Program-made: the position numbers and the translations under genes
Shown: positions 41,236 through 50,676 of the stretch, piece by piece
Layout: each line of letters opens with the position of its first letter
How positions within the stretch are numbered: position 1 is the stretch's first letter
Assembly: GCA_016930235.1 (NCBI GenBank)
Contig: JAFGHI010000038.1
Coordinates: 34,211 to 98,210, forward strand
Source: Candidatus Omnitrophota bacterium
GTDB taxonomy: Bacteria; Omnitrophota; Omnitrophia; Omnitrophales; Aquincolibacteriaceae
Reading direction: 5' to 3'
Length of the DNA: 64,000 nucleotides
The notes under the pieces: model-generated
What the model was told of the DNA's origin: nothing
What the model saw: only the letters and a program-made list of their open reading frames with translations
Database searches by the model: none

Positions 41236-41809
41236 GATAGCAGGACCATGTTTTTTCCAGGGGCACCTTTAAGGATTGAGCCAAAAGGACGATTTCTTTT
41301 TTCGTCATTCGAAGCAACGGGGCCTCGATTTGAATCGGCCGCCCTTCGGCACCGGATCTTGTTCCCCGTTTTAAAGTTTCCGTAAAACTCTCAAAATATT
41401 CCGGCCGGCAGTCAGGATAACCGCTGTAATCCAACGCATTCGCCCCAATGACGATGACCTCAGCCCCAATCGCTTCACTGTACGATGCTGCCAGTGACAA
41501 AAAGACTGTATTCCTCGCAGGAACATAAGTCGCCGGAATATCCTGGCCCATTTGAGCAGCGTCGCGATCGATAGGAATAGGAATATCCTTGTCTAACAAA
41601 GCGCTTCCCCCCCAAGGCATCGGAACGCTGATAATTTGGTGTGGAATTTCTAACCCCCGGCAAATCGTTTTTGCCGCCTCGATTTCACATTCATGCAATT
41701 GGCCGTAGTGAATCGTCAAAGCGGAAACATCGCAGCCTTGCGATTTTGTCCAATAAAGGGCCGTCGTTGAATCCAACCCGCCCGAGAGCAAACAAACTGC
41801 CTTTTTCAT
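41117..41809 (-). CDS. queC: 7-cyano-7-deazaguanine synthase.
   Basis: It has the PP-loop AVCLLSGGLDS and a C-terminal Zn-binding Cys cluster. Confidence 0.85.
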   Translation of the reverse strand: MKKAVCLLSGGLDSTTALYWTKSQGCDVSALTIHYGQLHECEIEAAKTICRGLEIPHQIISVPMPWGGSALLDKDIPIPIDRDAAQMGQDIPATYVPARNTVFLSLAASYSEAIGAEVIVIGANALDYSGYPDCRPEYFESFTETLKRGTRSGAEGRPIQIEAPLLRMTKKEIVLLAQSLKVPLEKTWSCYLGKERPCGVCDSCRLRQKGFGGAGLEDPQISDVSARILS

Positions 41810-42636
41810 TTCTGTCTCACAACCTCAACGAAATTCATCTTCTCACCCAGGAAAGATTCCCCCACCTTCACAAAATTTCCGGGTTTATCGCTCACGTAAA
41901 TTTTAAGCAGACCTTTCTGTTTTTTTGCCGCATGAAGATCTCTGCGATCAAACAGTTGCGCAAGCTGCTGAACCGTCGGCGCCATCGAATCGACTAACCG
42001 AACACGCGAACCCATTACCTTTTGAATGGATTTCTTCAGTAACGGATAATGCGTGCATCCTAAAATAAGAACGTCGATCTTCTTCTTCTTCAATTTTCTG
42101 AGATAAGCGTCAAGCACATCATGCGTAATTTTACCTTCCAGCCACCCCTCCTCAACGAGAGGAACAAATAACGGGCAGGCCTCACCAAAAACCTTGACCT
42201 TCGGATTTCTCTTCTTGAGGGCCTTTTCATAAACACGGCTGCCGATCGTCGCCGACGTCGCTATGACGCCAATTCTCCCCGAACGGGTGGACCGACAAGC
42301 GACCTCCGCGGCCGGTTGGACCACATCGACAATCGGGACATTAAAGTGACGTCTTAGGAAATTGGCCGCTGCACTTGTCGATGAATTACAGGCAATGACA
42401 AGGGCCTTCACTTTATGTTTAAGAAGAAAAAGCGTATTCTGGATGGAAAATCTTAAGATCTGCTCAGGTGACTTCGTCCCATAAGGCAGGCGGGCCACAT
42501 CTCCGTAATAAACAATCGTTTCATGCGGCAGTCTCCGCCTGATTTCCCGGACCACAGTAAGACCGCCCAATCCGGAATCAAAAACTCCGATTGGGCGGTG
42601 TCCTTTGGAATGCCTGCTAACTCTTTTTGAAGTCAC
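41806..42636 (-). CDS. murI: Glutamate racemase.
   Basis: Matches through GVFDSGLGGLTV and ILGCTHYPLL. Confidence 0.9.
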   Translation of the reverse strand: MTSKRVSRHSKGHRPIGVFDSGLGGLTVVREIRRRLPHETIVYYGDVARLPYGTKSPEQILRFSIQNTLFLLKHKVKALVIACNSSTSAAANFLRRHFNVPIVDVVQPAAEVACRSTRSGRIGVIATSATIGSRVYEKALKKRNPKVKVFGEACPLFVPLVEEGWLEGKITHDVLDAYLRKLKKKKIDVLILGCTHYPLLKKSIQKVMGSRVRLVDSMAPTVQQLAQLFDRRDLHAAKKQKGLLKIYVSDKPGNFVKVGESFLGEKMNFVEVVRQK

Positions 42637-42638
42637 CC

Positions 42639-43829
42639 TTAAACCTTCATTTCTAGAAAACCTTTGATGCGTTTAAGTGCACGCTCCATTTCTGGTTCAC
42701 TCCGGACAAGGGCAAATCGGACATAACCTTCACCGCATTCACCAAATCCCGTCCCCGGAGAAACTGCCACGCCGGTTTCCCGTAACAACAGCTCGGTAAA
42801 ATCCATGGAAGAATGGGCATGATAAACTTCCGGAATTTTCGCCCAAACATAAAAGGTTGCTTCGGGCTTCCTAACCGCCCACCCCATTTTATTGAGCGCA
42901 TCGACAAAGTAATCCACCCGTTTCTTGTAGATTTTAGTTATCTTCTTCACATATCCTTGCGGTCCGGTTAACGCCGCCGTCGCCGCCATCTGGACTGCGC
43001 GGAACAATCCAAAATCCACATAACTTTTCGTTTTATTGAGACTTGCTAAAATCTCTTTATTTCCGACTGCAAACCCCACTCGCCATCCCGGCATGCTGTA
43101 AGATTTCGATAACGTATGGAATTCAACGCAAAATTTCTTGGCACCCTTCACCTCAAGGATACTCGGTGCACGCTTGTCCCCAAAAACGATATCGGAGTAC
43201 GCAAGATCGTGGGCCACAATCATATTCTTATCTTTCGCCCAATGAACGACCTTGTTAAAAAACTCGATATCACAAACGGCCGCTGTAGGGTTATGGGGAT
43301 AACTCAAAAACATGATCTTCGACAAACGTGTCGTCTCGCGAGGGATATGCTGAAGATCCGGCAAATACCCGTTTTCTTCTTTCAGAGGAATATTGTAGAG
43401 AATCCCTCCAGCCATAATGACCCCGTTGAAATGCACCGGATAAGCCGGCGATGGAACAAGGGCCAAATCATCATTGTTCAGGAAGGCAAGAGACAAATGA
43501 GCCACCCCTTCCTTCGACCCAATCAAAGGCAAAATTTCTTTATCGGGATCAAAATCAATTCCGAAACGGCCTTGATACCATTTACCGATAGCCCTACGAA
43601 AATTGACTTCGACCTCTTCATCCGGTTTCGAGTACCGGTGAATATGTTTGATTTTGAGAGCCCGGCGCATTTCAGTTACGACATGAGGCGGTGGATCGAA
43701 ATCCGGATTCCCCATACTGAAATCAATCACTTCCTTCCCCGACTCACGTACCTCGCGTTTGAGACTGTCGACAACGGTAAACAAATACGGTGGTAACCGC
43801 AACATGCGGTTGGCTTCATGCATTGGCAT
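42639..43829 (-). CDS. Class I/II pyridoxal-phosphate aminotransferase (alanine/aspartate/LL-DAP aminotransferase-like).
   Basis: The PLP-lysine region HTLSKSYSMPGWRVGFAVGN is present. Confidence 0.75.
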   Translation of the reverse strand: MPMHEANRMLRLPPYLFTVVDSLKREVRESGKEVIDFSMGNPDFDPPPHVVTEMRRALKIKHIHRYSKPDEEVEVNFRRAIGKWYQGRFGIDFDPDKEILPLIGSKEGVAHLSLAFLNNDDLALVPSPAYPVHFNGVIMAGGILYNIPLKEENGYLPDLQHIPRETTRLSKIMFLSYPHNPTAAVCDIEFFNKVVHWAKDKNMIVAHDLAYSDIVFGDKRAPSILEVKGAKKFCVEFHTLSKSYSMPGWRVGFAVGNKEILASLNKTKSYVDFGLFRAVQMAATAALTGPQGYVKKITKIYKKRVDYFVDALNKMGWAVRKPEATFYVWAKIPEVYHAHSSMDFTELLLRETGVAVSPGTGFGECGEGYVRFALVRSEPEMERALKRIKGFLEMKV

Positions 43830-43898
43830 TTTCTCTTGAGTCCTTTCTAAGCAGCCTCGGGCCGCTCCTTCACTTCATCGAAATATCAAAAAAAACGA

Positions 43899-44171
43899 TT
43901 AGGCTTCGTCTCCGCCGGCTTCATCGATCTCCGGATCGGAGTCATCAATACTGCACAGAACTTCGTCTCTCGCAACAACTTCTCCTTCATCGTAATAAAC
44001 CTCCGCTAAAACCCCCGATGCGGGAGCCTGAACGGTCAGGGTCCCATCCTCAGTGGAAAGCTCCACCAAATCATCGCCTTCCTGAACTGAATCTCCTTCT
44101 TCATAAAACCAGTTACGAACCGTCGCTTCATCCAAATGAGAGGCTAAGTTATGTAAAAGCACTTCGACCAT
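43899..44171 (-). CDS. Small lipoyl/biotinyl-attachment-domain-like protein of 90 aa that lacks the modifiable lysine.
   Basis: The sequence VQEGDDLVELSTEDGTLTVQAPASGVL aligns to the lipoyl hairpin ..E(I/V)ETDKA..V.AP..G.L, with ETDK replaced by STED. The C-terminus is an acidic tail. Confidence 0.55.
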   Translation of the reverse strand: MVEVLLHNLASHLDEATVRNWFYEEGDSVQEGDDLVELSTEDGTLTVQAPASGVLAEVYYDEGEVVARDEVLCSIDDSDPEIDEAGGDEA

Positions 44172-44222
44172 TTTAGCTCGTCCTCCTATTGAAATTTAAA
44201 TAATTTTATGGCGTTTCGCTTT

Positions 44223-45212
44223 TCAAATTTGATGTAAGCCTTCAAAAGTTTCACCTGCGTGATAGGAACTCCTCACATAAGGCCCCGAAAAAACATTCCG
44301 GAAACCCATGGCTTTAAATTCATCGGCCAACTCTCGGAAAACTTCCGGCCGAACATATTCTTTCACGCAAACCGCCTGAGGTCCTGGGGGCAAATACTGC
44401 CCAAGCGTCAGGAGATCACAGCCGACGCGCCGAAGATCTTCCGCGGTCTTATAGACTTCATCCTGCGACTCCCCCAATCCCAACATAAGACCACTCTTGG
44501 TCATAAGCGACGGACCGTATTGTTTCGCTAATTGAAGCACTTCGAGTGAACGGCTGTAACTTGCCTCGGGCCGGATATCAGACTGCAAGCTTCGGACAGT
44601 CTCCAAATTATGATTGAACACCTGAGGTCCCGCATCGACAACTTCTCGAATAAGGTCGGAACGCGCATGAAAGTCCGGCACAAGAACTTCCACGCGGACA
44701 TCCGGCATAAGCCGGCGAATCGCCTCTAAAGTCTCGCGGTATTGACCGGCACCCTCATCCGGCAAGTCATCCCGCGTGACCGAAGTAATCACCACATAGT
44801 TGAGTCCAAGTGTCTGAACAGCTTTGGCAACTCGATCCGGTTCGCTTGAATCCAGCATTTCGGGTTTGCCACTTTTAACAGCACAAAAACCGCAATTCCG
44901 GGTGCAAGTATCTCCCAAAATCATGAATGTCGCAGTACCTTTAGCAAAGCATTCACTTTGATTCGGACACGCTGCCGATTCACAAACCGTGTGGAGTCCG
45001 TATCGTTCCAACACTTGATGTGTTCCCGTTGTCGCACAAACTGGCAAAGAGCGTCGTAACCAACTTGGTAATCTTTCCCGAATAACAGGAGCCATCGTCT
45101 CCTCATCCAGCCCCACTCTTATGAGACCAAACAAAAAATATATCCGCCAAAAAGACAGATAAAAAAAGCCTTTGTATGCCCTAAATTTTGCTATGACGGG
45201 GATTTGTATCAA
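44223..45212 (-). CDS. lipA: Lipoyl synthase.
   Basis: It has CTRNCGFCAV (radical SAM) and the auxiliary cluster CESAACPNQSEC. The start is probably the internal MAPVIRER at about 45095. Confidence 0.9.
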   Translation of the reverse strand: MIQIPVIAKFRAYKGFFYLSFWRIYFLFGLIRVGLDEETMAPVIRERLPSWLRRSLPVCATTGTHQVLERYGLHTVCESAACPNQSECFAKGTATFMILGDTCTRNCGFCAVKSGKPEMLDSSEPDRVAKAVQTLGLNYVVITSVTRDDLPDEGAGQYRETLEAIRRLMPDVRVEVLVPDFHARSDLIREVVDAGPQVFNHNLETVRSLQSDIRPEASYSRSLEVLQLAKQYGPSLMTKSGLMLGLGESQDEVYKTAEDLRRVGCDLLTLGQYLPPGPQAVCVKEYVRPEVFRELADEFKAMGFRNVFSGPYVRSSYHAGETFEGLHQI

Positions 45213-45267
45213 AAAGGGGGTTGAGTGTCAAGCACCATTCATGAGAAGGGAAAAACGCTATATCCTG

Positions 45268-45933
45268 CTATAAAATCTGCTTGGGAAGACCTATATCCAC
45301 AACACAAACACGGCCGGCATAACGCGGCCCTTCACCCTGAAAAAGGCCGTGCTTGGGCAACCCCAACGTTGCCGTCAAAGTCGCTTTCATAGCACACCCA
45401 AGGACTTCACCCGTATCCGCATCAAGCCCTGACGGGATATCCACAGCCACCACCGACTTTGCAATCTCATTGGCCAGCTTGACACCCATTTCAAAAATTC
45501 CGGTAAGCGGTTGACTCAGCCCCACGCCAAAAAGGGCATCGACGACGACATCGCTGCGCTCAAAATACCCCCGCAACCAAGCATGATCCGTCTTTTCAGT
45601 AACAACCTCGCAAGGGATCATCATCTTCGAAACAATTCCATAATTCACAGCAGGATCAGGATTTAACTTTTCCGGATCCGCAAACAGGAGAACAAGGACT
45701 TGAAAATCATGATTCCATAAATGCCGCGCGACTACCAAACCGTCTCCCCCGTTATTGCCTTTCCCCACAAGGATACAAATCCGCTTCCCATGATAATTAC
45801 GGTGAATGACTTCCGAAATCCCGCGACCAGCATTTTCCATGAGAAGAAGACTCGGAATGCCGAATTCCTCAATCGCCCTGCGATCAAGCTCACGCATCTC
45901 TGCTGCAGAAACGGATTTACTCATCTTGAGCAT
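45268..45933 (-). CDS. nnrE: NAD(P)H-hydrate epimerase (YjeF N-terminal domain).
   Basis: It has the motif GKGNNGGDGLVVARHL. Confidence 0.8.
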   Translation of the reverse strand: MLKMSKSVSAAEMRELDRRAIEEFGIPSLLLMENAGRGISEVIHRNYHGKRICILVGKGNNGGDGLVVARHLWNHDFQVLVLLFADPEKLNPDPAVNYGIVSKMMIPCEVVTEKTDHAWLRGYFERSDVVVDALFGVGLSQPLTGIFEMGVKLANEIAKSVVAVDIPSGLDADTGEVLGCAMKATLTATLGLPKHGLFQGEGPRYAGRVCVVDIGLPKQIL

Positions 45934-45954
45934 TCCAAAAGTGGAGACCTAAGT

Positions 45955-47451
45955 TTAGACAAGCTTCCCGACCAAGGTGTTGGATTTCAATTTCTCAATT
46001 TTAACGGTTTGAAAGCTCCCGATCAGGGTCTCTTGACCAGGAAAAACAACTTTCTTTTCATCAAGAGTACGGCCCAATAACTGGGAGCGATCTTTAACAC
46101 TAACTTCTTCGACGAAGACCTCAACGGTTCTCCCAACCCACTCCTCGTGGATTTCTTGGGTTATCTTCTTTTGAAGATCCAAGAGTTCCTGGTTCCGTCC
46201 TTCTTTTACTTTTATCGGCACATCATCGGGGAGTTTTGATGCCGGAGTGCCCGGCCGCACTGAATATTTATAGATAAAAGCGCTTTCGAACCGGATCTCT
46301 TCGAGGGCACGCATCGTATCCGCATGATCCTGATCACTCTCTCCTGAGAAACCCGTCATGATATCCGTTGTGATAATCACATCCGGAACAAGTTCCCGCA
46401 AGCGGTCAATCTTGGCTTTAAAATCGCCGTACGTATGCATGCGTTTCATTCGTTTCAGCATTTTGTCAGATCCGGACTGGAGAGGCAAATGAAAACGCCG
46501 GGAAATCTTTGGATTCCTTGCGATCACTTGAAAGAGTTCTTCGGTGGCATCCTGGGGATGGGATGTCGTAAAGGAAATCCTCTCAAGCCCATCCATCTGG
46601 CATAACATCTCTAAGAGCTTGGGAAATGACACGGATTGTTTTGATGAATTCGAATATCGAATATCGAAATCCGAAACAATTTCAAAATTCGAACTTTCAA
46701 ATTTTAAATCTTTCGGATTTCGGATTTCCTTCGGATTTCGAATTTCGGATTTTGGATTCCCCTTATAGCTATTGACGTTTTGTCCCAATAATGTGATCCA
46801 TTTCACACCATCTGAGACAAGGCGCTCGGCTTCACGGTAAACCTCGCGGGCCGGCATCGAAACTTCACGCCCTCTTGTGATCGGAACAATGCAAAACGTA
46901 CAGACCTTATCGCACCCCGTCATAATCGGAAGCCAGGCATGAAACCGTCCCCGTCGCTTGATGAGATCGGTATACTCGATTGAAATCCCGTCCTGCTTAA
47001 TCTTGGCGACCTGTTCGCGTTTCTTGACCACTTGGGAAATCAAAGACGGCAATTCGAGAATATTTCTTGTCCCCGCCATAAAATCCAGTTGGGGAAAACG
47101 CTTGAAAAGCCTTTCGCCATGCTCTTCCGGCATGCACCCCATCAAGCCCACAATCAAATTGGGTTTCTTTTTTTTCAGCTTCCCCAACATCCCCAAACGC
47201 CCAAAGACCCGGTCCTCAGCATGCTCGCGAACCGAACACGTATTCATGAGAACAATATCGACCCCCTGCGAAATATCGATCTTGCGACCGTTATCATCCG
47301 CGTTCTCATCTTCGATTTTATCAGAAACGATCTCGTAGCCGGCATCCTCCAGGATCCCTTCAGCCACTTCGGTATCATACATATTCATCTGACAGCCGAA
47401 AGTCCTGATAGCAATTTTTAGTTTTCGAATTTCATTTTCATCGAGTGACAT
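45955..47451 (-). CDS. miaB: tRNA-i6A37 methylthiotransferase MiaB (MTTase N-domain, radical SAM, TRAM), carrying an in-frame insertion of about 30 aa.
   Basis: It has FGCQMNMYDTE, CDKVCTFCIVP and a C-terminal TRAM domain. An extra low-complexity segment KGNPKSEIRNPKEIRNPKDLKFESSNFEIVSDFDIRYSNSS follows QNVNSY. Confidence 0.85.
   Translation of the reverse strand: MSLDENEIRKLKIAIRTFGCQMNMYDTEVAEGILEDAGYEIVSDKIEDENADDNGRKIDISQGVDIVLMNTCSVREHAEDRVFGRLGMLGKLKKKKPNLIVGLMGCMPEEHGERLFKRFPQLDFMAGTRNILELPSLISQVVKKREQVAKIKQDGISIEYTDLIKRRGRFHAWLPIMTGCDKVCTFCIVPITRGREVSMPAREVYREAERLVSDGVKWITLLGQNVNSYKGNPKSEIRNPKEIRNPKDLKFESSNFEIVSDFDIRYSNSSKQSVSFPKLLEMLCQMDGLERISFTTSHPQDATEELFQVIARNPKISRRFHLPLQSGSDKMLKRMKRMHTYGDFKAKIDRLRELVPDVIITTDIMTGFSGESDQDHADTMRALEEIRFESAFIYKYSVRPGTPASKLPDDVPIKVKEGRNQELLDLQKKITQEIHEEWVGRTVEVFVEEVSVKDRSQLLGRTLDEKKVVFPGQETLIGSFQTVKIEKLKSNTLVGKLV
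46640..46775. repeat. Imperfect palindromic, short-tandem-repeat DNA element built on the cgaaatccgaaa/tttcggatttcg motif, inserted in frame within miaB.
   Basis: The sequence ttcgaatatcgaatatcgaaatccgaaacaatttcaaaattcgaactttcaaattttaaatctttcggatttcggatttccttcggatttcgaatttcggattttgg has arms that are near reverse complements of each other. Confidence 0.6.
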
Positions 47452-47665
47452 AAAAAATCTTAAGAGAGTGTCCTTACTTTCAGGAATACTGAGTAAGAGT
47501 ATACTACGGATGATTTAATTTCGTGAAATGCAAATGCTTCTTTGAGTTATAACGCTATCAACCTAGCGATCCGTCGGATGAAACTTGATGGGACTCTTTT
47601 TCCACGGAGTTTGAATCTCCCTCCGAGGGCTCGATATTCCCCGGTTCGGTGAAAAATCCGTGCGT

Positions 47666-49306
47666 CTAGACAATCGAGGTAGACTCGCTAATTTCCTCTA
47701 ACTCAGGGATAAGTTCTTCTTCAAGAACTTCCGAGACCGGGAAAATGGCGGGACGTATAAAAGGCGGTTTTTTCGGATCGACCCCTTCGGGGAATCCGTG
47801 GGTTTCGATAACATACTTCCGAAATGCGCGGTAAGTGGCAATCCAACGAAAATATTCCAGCCACTTCCCTACCGAGAACGGGCTTCCTGTGGCAACGCGC
47901 CAGAAGCTGCTTGTGAAGAATTTGATGCGTTTGGGGTCAAAATTGAAAAGATAATACCCGATCACTTTAAAAAGTAAGCTCATGAATTTCAGATCAAGAG
48001 GTGCACGAAGATGCTCTTTATTTCGGTTTTGAAAACGATTGAGTGCCGTCACCAGGCGATCCGAATAAGTATCATACCGGTAGAGACATCTGATAAGCCA
48101 GTTGTAGCCTTGATGCAACTCTTCAAATGACATCTGCTTGGGAGTAAAATTGCAGTCTGCAGCGCCATGGCCGTTGAGTTCAGCCCATGAGGTATCAAGC
48201 AGCCGGCCTTCTGCCTCGAGCCTTTTAAGAAGAGGCGTATTCGGAAGCGCCATCAAAGTTCCGCACGTTGTGAACGCTACACCGAGCGCGGTCAGATACT
48301 CAAACTGTTCCTGGAAAATATATTTATCATCCGAGTCAAAACCCACAATGATTCCGGCCATGACCGAAATATGGTAGGAATGGATCCTCGCAATATCTTC
48401 GAACATACTCCTTCGAGTATTCTGAGCTTTCTTACACTCCACCAGGCTGGCGGCCCTCGGCGATTCGATTCCGATAAAAACACTGTAGAAGTTCGCTTCC
48501 TGCATCAGCTCGAGCAAATCATCATAGTGCGCGACATTGATCGTAAGCTCGCAGCATAACTCCACAGGATAATGATTGGCCTTCTGATATTCCGCAAGGG
48601 CCTTGAGAAGTTTTCGTGCATAAGGAATGTTTCCGATAAAATTGGCGTCACCAAAAAGAATATAATGAGACCCCTGCTTCACACAGTGATCCACTTCGGC
48701 CAGGACCTGCTCGACAGTTTTGGTGCGAGGCACACGCCCATCCATGATGATAATATCGCAAAACTCGCAAGAGAAAGGACAGCCGCGGCTTGTCTGAAGT
48801 GTGAGCAAATTATAAGCATCCGTCTTAATAAGATCGTAGCGCGGGATGGGGCTCTTGGTCAGGTCTGCCTTTTTATCGACGGCTGAATAAAAACCTTTCG
48901 CTTTCCCCGCCTCAAAATCCCGCAAAAATTCAGGCCAAATAAACTCCGCCTCGCCTTGAAGCCGGTAGTCACACTTTCCTTCATAGGCTTCAGGGAATAG
49001 ACTGCAATAAGGGCCTCCGACGGCCACCGGTATCCCTCGGGAACGAAACTTCTCGGCAATTTCCAAACTTCGCTGGTACTGTACATTGAAGGCCGTAATA
49101 CCGATCAAATCGGCTTGAGCATTATAATCAATTACATCGTCGATGTTTTCATCAACGATCTGGATATCCCAATGCTTGGGTGTCAATGCCGCTACGGTAG
49201 CCAAACCCAAAGGCGGAGATAAAAACTTTGTGCCTGTAAAGGGTTGAAGTCCTTCAAAGGACCAAAGAGTTGGTTCAAACCGAGGATTGATTAAATAGAC
49301 CCTCAA
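47666..49306 (-). CDS. B12-binding-domain radical SAM protein with a DUF4070-type C-terminus (class B radical SAM).
   Basis: It has an N-terminal cobalamin-binding-like region, the radical SAM cluster CPFSCEFC (CxxxCxxC) and a long C-terminal extension. Confidence 0.7.
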   Translation of the reverse strand: MRVYLINPRFEPTLWSFEGLQPFTGTKFLSPPLGLATVAALTPKHWDIQIVDENIDDVIDYNAQADLIGITAFNVQYQRSLEIAEKFRSRGIPVAVGGPYCSLFPEAYEGKCDYRLQGEAEFIWPEFLRDFEAGKAKGFYSAVDKKADLTKSPIPRYDLIKTDAYNLLTLQTSRGCPFSCEFCDIIIMDGRVPRTKTVEQVLAEVDHCVKQGSHYILFGDANFIGNIPYARKLLKALAEYQKANHYPVELCCELTINVAHYDDLLELMQEANFYSVFIGIESPRAASLVECKKAQNTRRSMFEDIARIHSYHISVMAGIIVGFDSDDKYIFQEQFEYLTALGVAFTTCGTLMALPNTPLLKRLEAEGRLLDTSWAELNGHGAADCNFTPKQMSFEELHQGYNWLIRCLYRYDTYSDRLVTALNRFQNRNKEHLRAPLDLKFMSLLFKVIGYYLFNFDPKRIKFFTSSFWRVATGSPFSVGKWLEYFRWIATYRAFRKYVIETHGFPEGVDPKKPPFIRPAIFPVSEVLEEELIPELEEISESTSIV

Positions 49307-49653
49307 AACGACCTCTTTTCATTTTACGGAAAGAATTAGTAAGTTTGTTAGTGTAACATGGCCTCTTAACCCGGTCTATCTCTATTTGGCATCTCTAGTT
49401 GGACATCATGAGAAACCATTGAAATTCCCTCTGCAATTACGTCAATCGAACCGAAAATTCATAGGAAGGCCGTTCGTAATCTTCCGTAACCCCGCACCCT
49501 TCTTTAGAATTCATTGTGATTATACCCGACCTACGCCTTTTCCTCTCGGGTCCTCCAAAAACGGAAAAAATATTCTACGAGATGACTTTCTCTATTGCGC
49601 CATTATCCACAGGGGTTAATTACGGATTGTTGAATTGATTTTTTATACAATCT

Positions 49654-50541
49654 CTATTCGCATTCGAAGATGCCAATCCAATACCATTGATGATGGGCAC
49701 ATACGATATCCTCAAAAAAGCGTTTGACCTTCAATATATTTCTCCAATCAATCTTAGGGCCGGGATGTGTATAGCGTTCGGTTATTTTCCATTTTGACGT
49801 ATCAAACAAGATCGCTGATGACTTTTTTGAAAAATAGTGAAGGTGGCCAAACGGCCTCACCATGTCCCATTTTTCCTTTCTGACTTTCGCCACCCAGGAA
49901 TCCTTATTGGGAAAGCTACAATAAATCCTGGCGCCTTGATTCGAAAGGTTCTTGCACCGCTGCATCATGCCGAGCGGATCTTCAAGATGTTCAAGAATAT
50001 CATGGAGTACGATCACGTCAAATTTCAACCCCGAGGGCAGTTTTGTTATATCCGTAACGATGGTAGGTTCGTCAAACCAATTCCCGGGCTCCACTCCATA
50101 GCAAACTTTAGCTCTTTCGCGGAACCTTGAGAACAATTTTCCGTCGCCGCACCCGATTTCTAAGTAATTAAATTCTTTCCCGGAATCAAGCTCGCGACAA
50201 GGCCTTGGATCATCCATGGGAGGCAGGCCGCTTGCATTTGTTTGATATTGACTCAAATCAATCTTCCCTACTTTTTTTATCATCTCGATGACTTCAACCC
50301 CTAAAACAAATTTAGAATGCCCAGTATACAACGATGACAGATATTGCTGCACCGGCATTGGATTATGCCACCAATGTTGACAATTTTGACACTCCCTCAA
50401 TTCAACTTTAAGATCTGACCCCTCATGGATGGTTAAAACAGAATCGCTTAAAATAGTGTTCCGTTGCCCCGAACAGATTGGACACTGTGTCTGCCTTTTA
50501 AGGCAACTCCAATCGATATTTAAGGTCTCCCTGGCTGCCAC
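49654..50541 (-). CDS. Class I SAM-dependent methyltransferase with an N-terminal Cys4 zinc ribbon.
   Basis: The zinc ribbon is CPICSG...CQNCQHW and SAM motif I is LEIGCGDG. Confidence 0.65.
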   Translation of the reverse strand: MAARETLNIDWSCLKRQTQCPICSGQRNTILSDSVLTIHEGSDLKVELRECQNCQHWWHNPMPVQQYLSSLYTGHSKFVLGVEVIEMIKKVGKIDLSQYQTNASGLPPMDDPRPCRELDSGKEFNYLEIGCGDGKLFSRFRERAKVCYGVEPGNWFDEPTIVTDITKLPSGLKFDVIVLHDILEHLEDPLGMMQRCKNLSNQGARIYCSFPNKDSWVAKVRKEKWDMVRPFGHLHYFSKKSSAILFDTSKWKITERYTHPGPKIDWRNILKVKRFFEDIVCAHHQWYWIGIFECE

Positions 50542-50676
50542 GCAAACCCTCCGGAAATCAAAAGCTAAGTGGACAATCTTACATCATCCCCTTTTACCCT
50601 ACCACACCAACCGCCGCTAGCATTCTCTCAAAAATATATAAGCTCAGATCAAATCTTTGTGATATTTGCCCATCGA

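Noticed and set aside
43116-43796. A 226-aa plus-strand ORF.
   Set aside because: It is antisense to a well-supported class I aminotransferase gene, and the same applies to 21553..22089, 23285..23710, 31018..31530, 50857..51438 and 61890..62378 against their host genes.
49307-49653. Cobalamin riboswitch upstream of the B12-binding radical SAM gene.
   Set aside because: I could not find a B12-box (GCCACTG-like) or the conserved stems by eye. This needs an Rfam scan, so it is recorded only as a check under the relevant finding.
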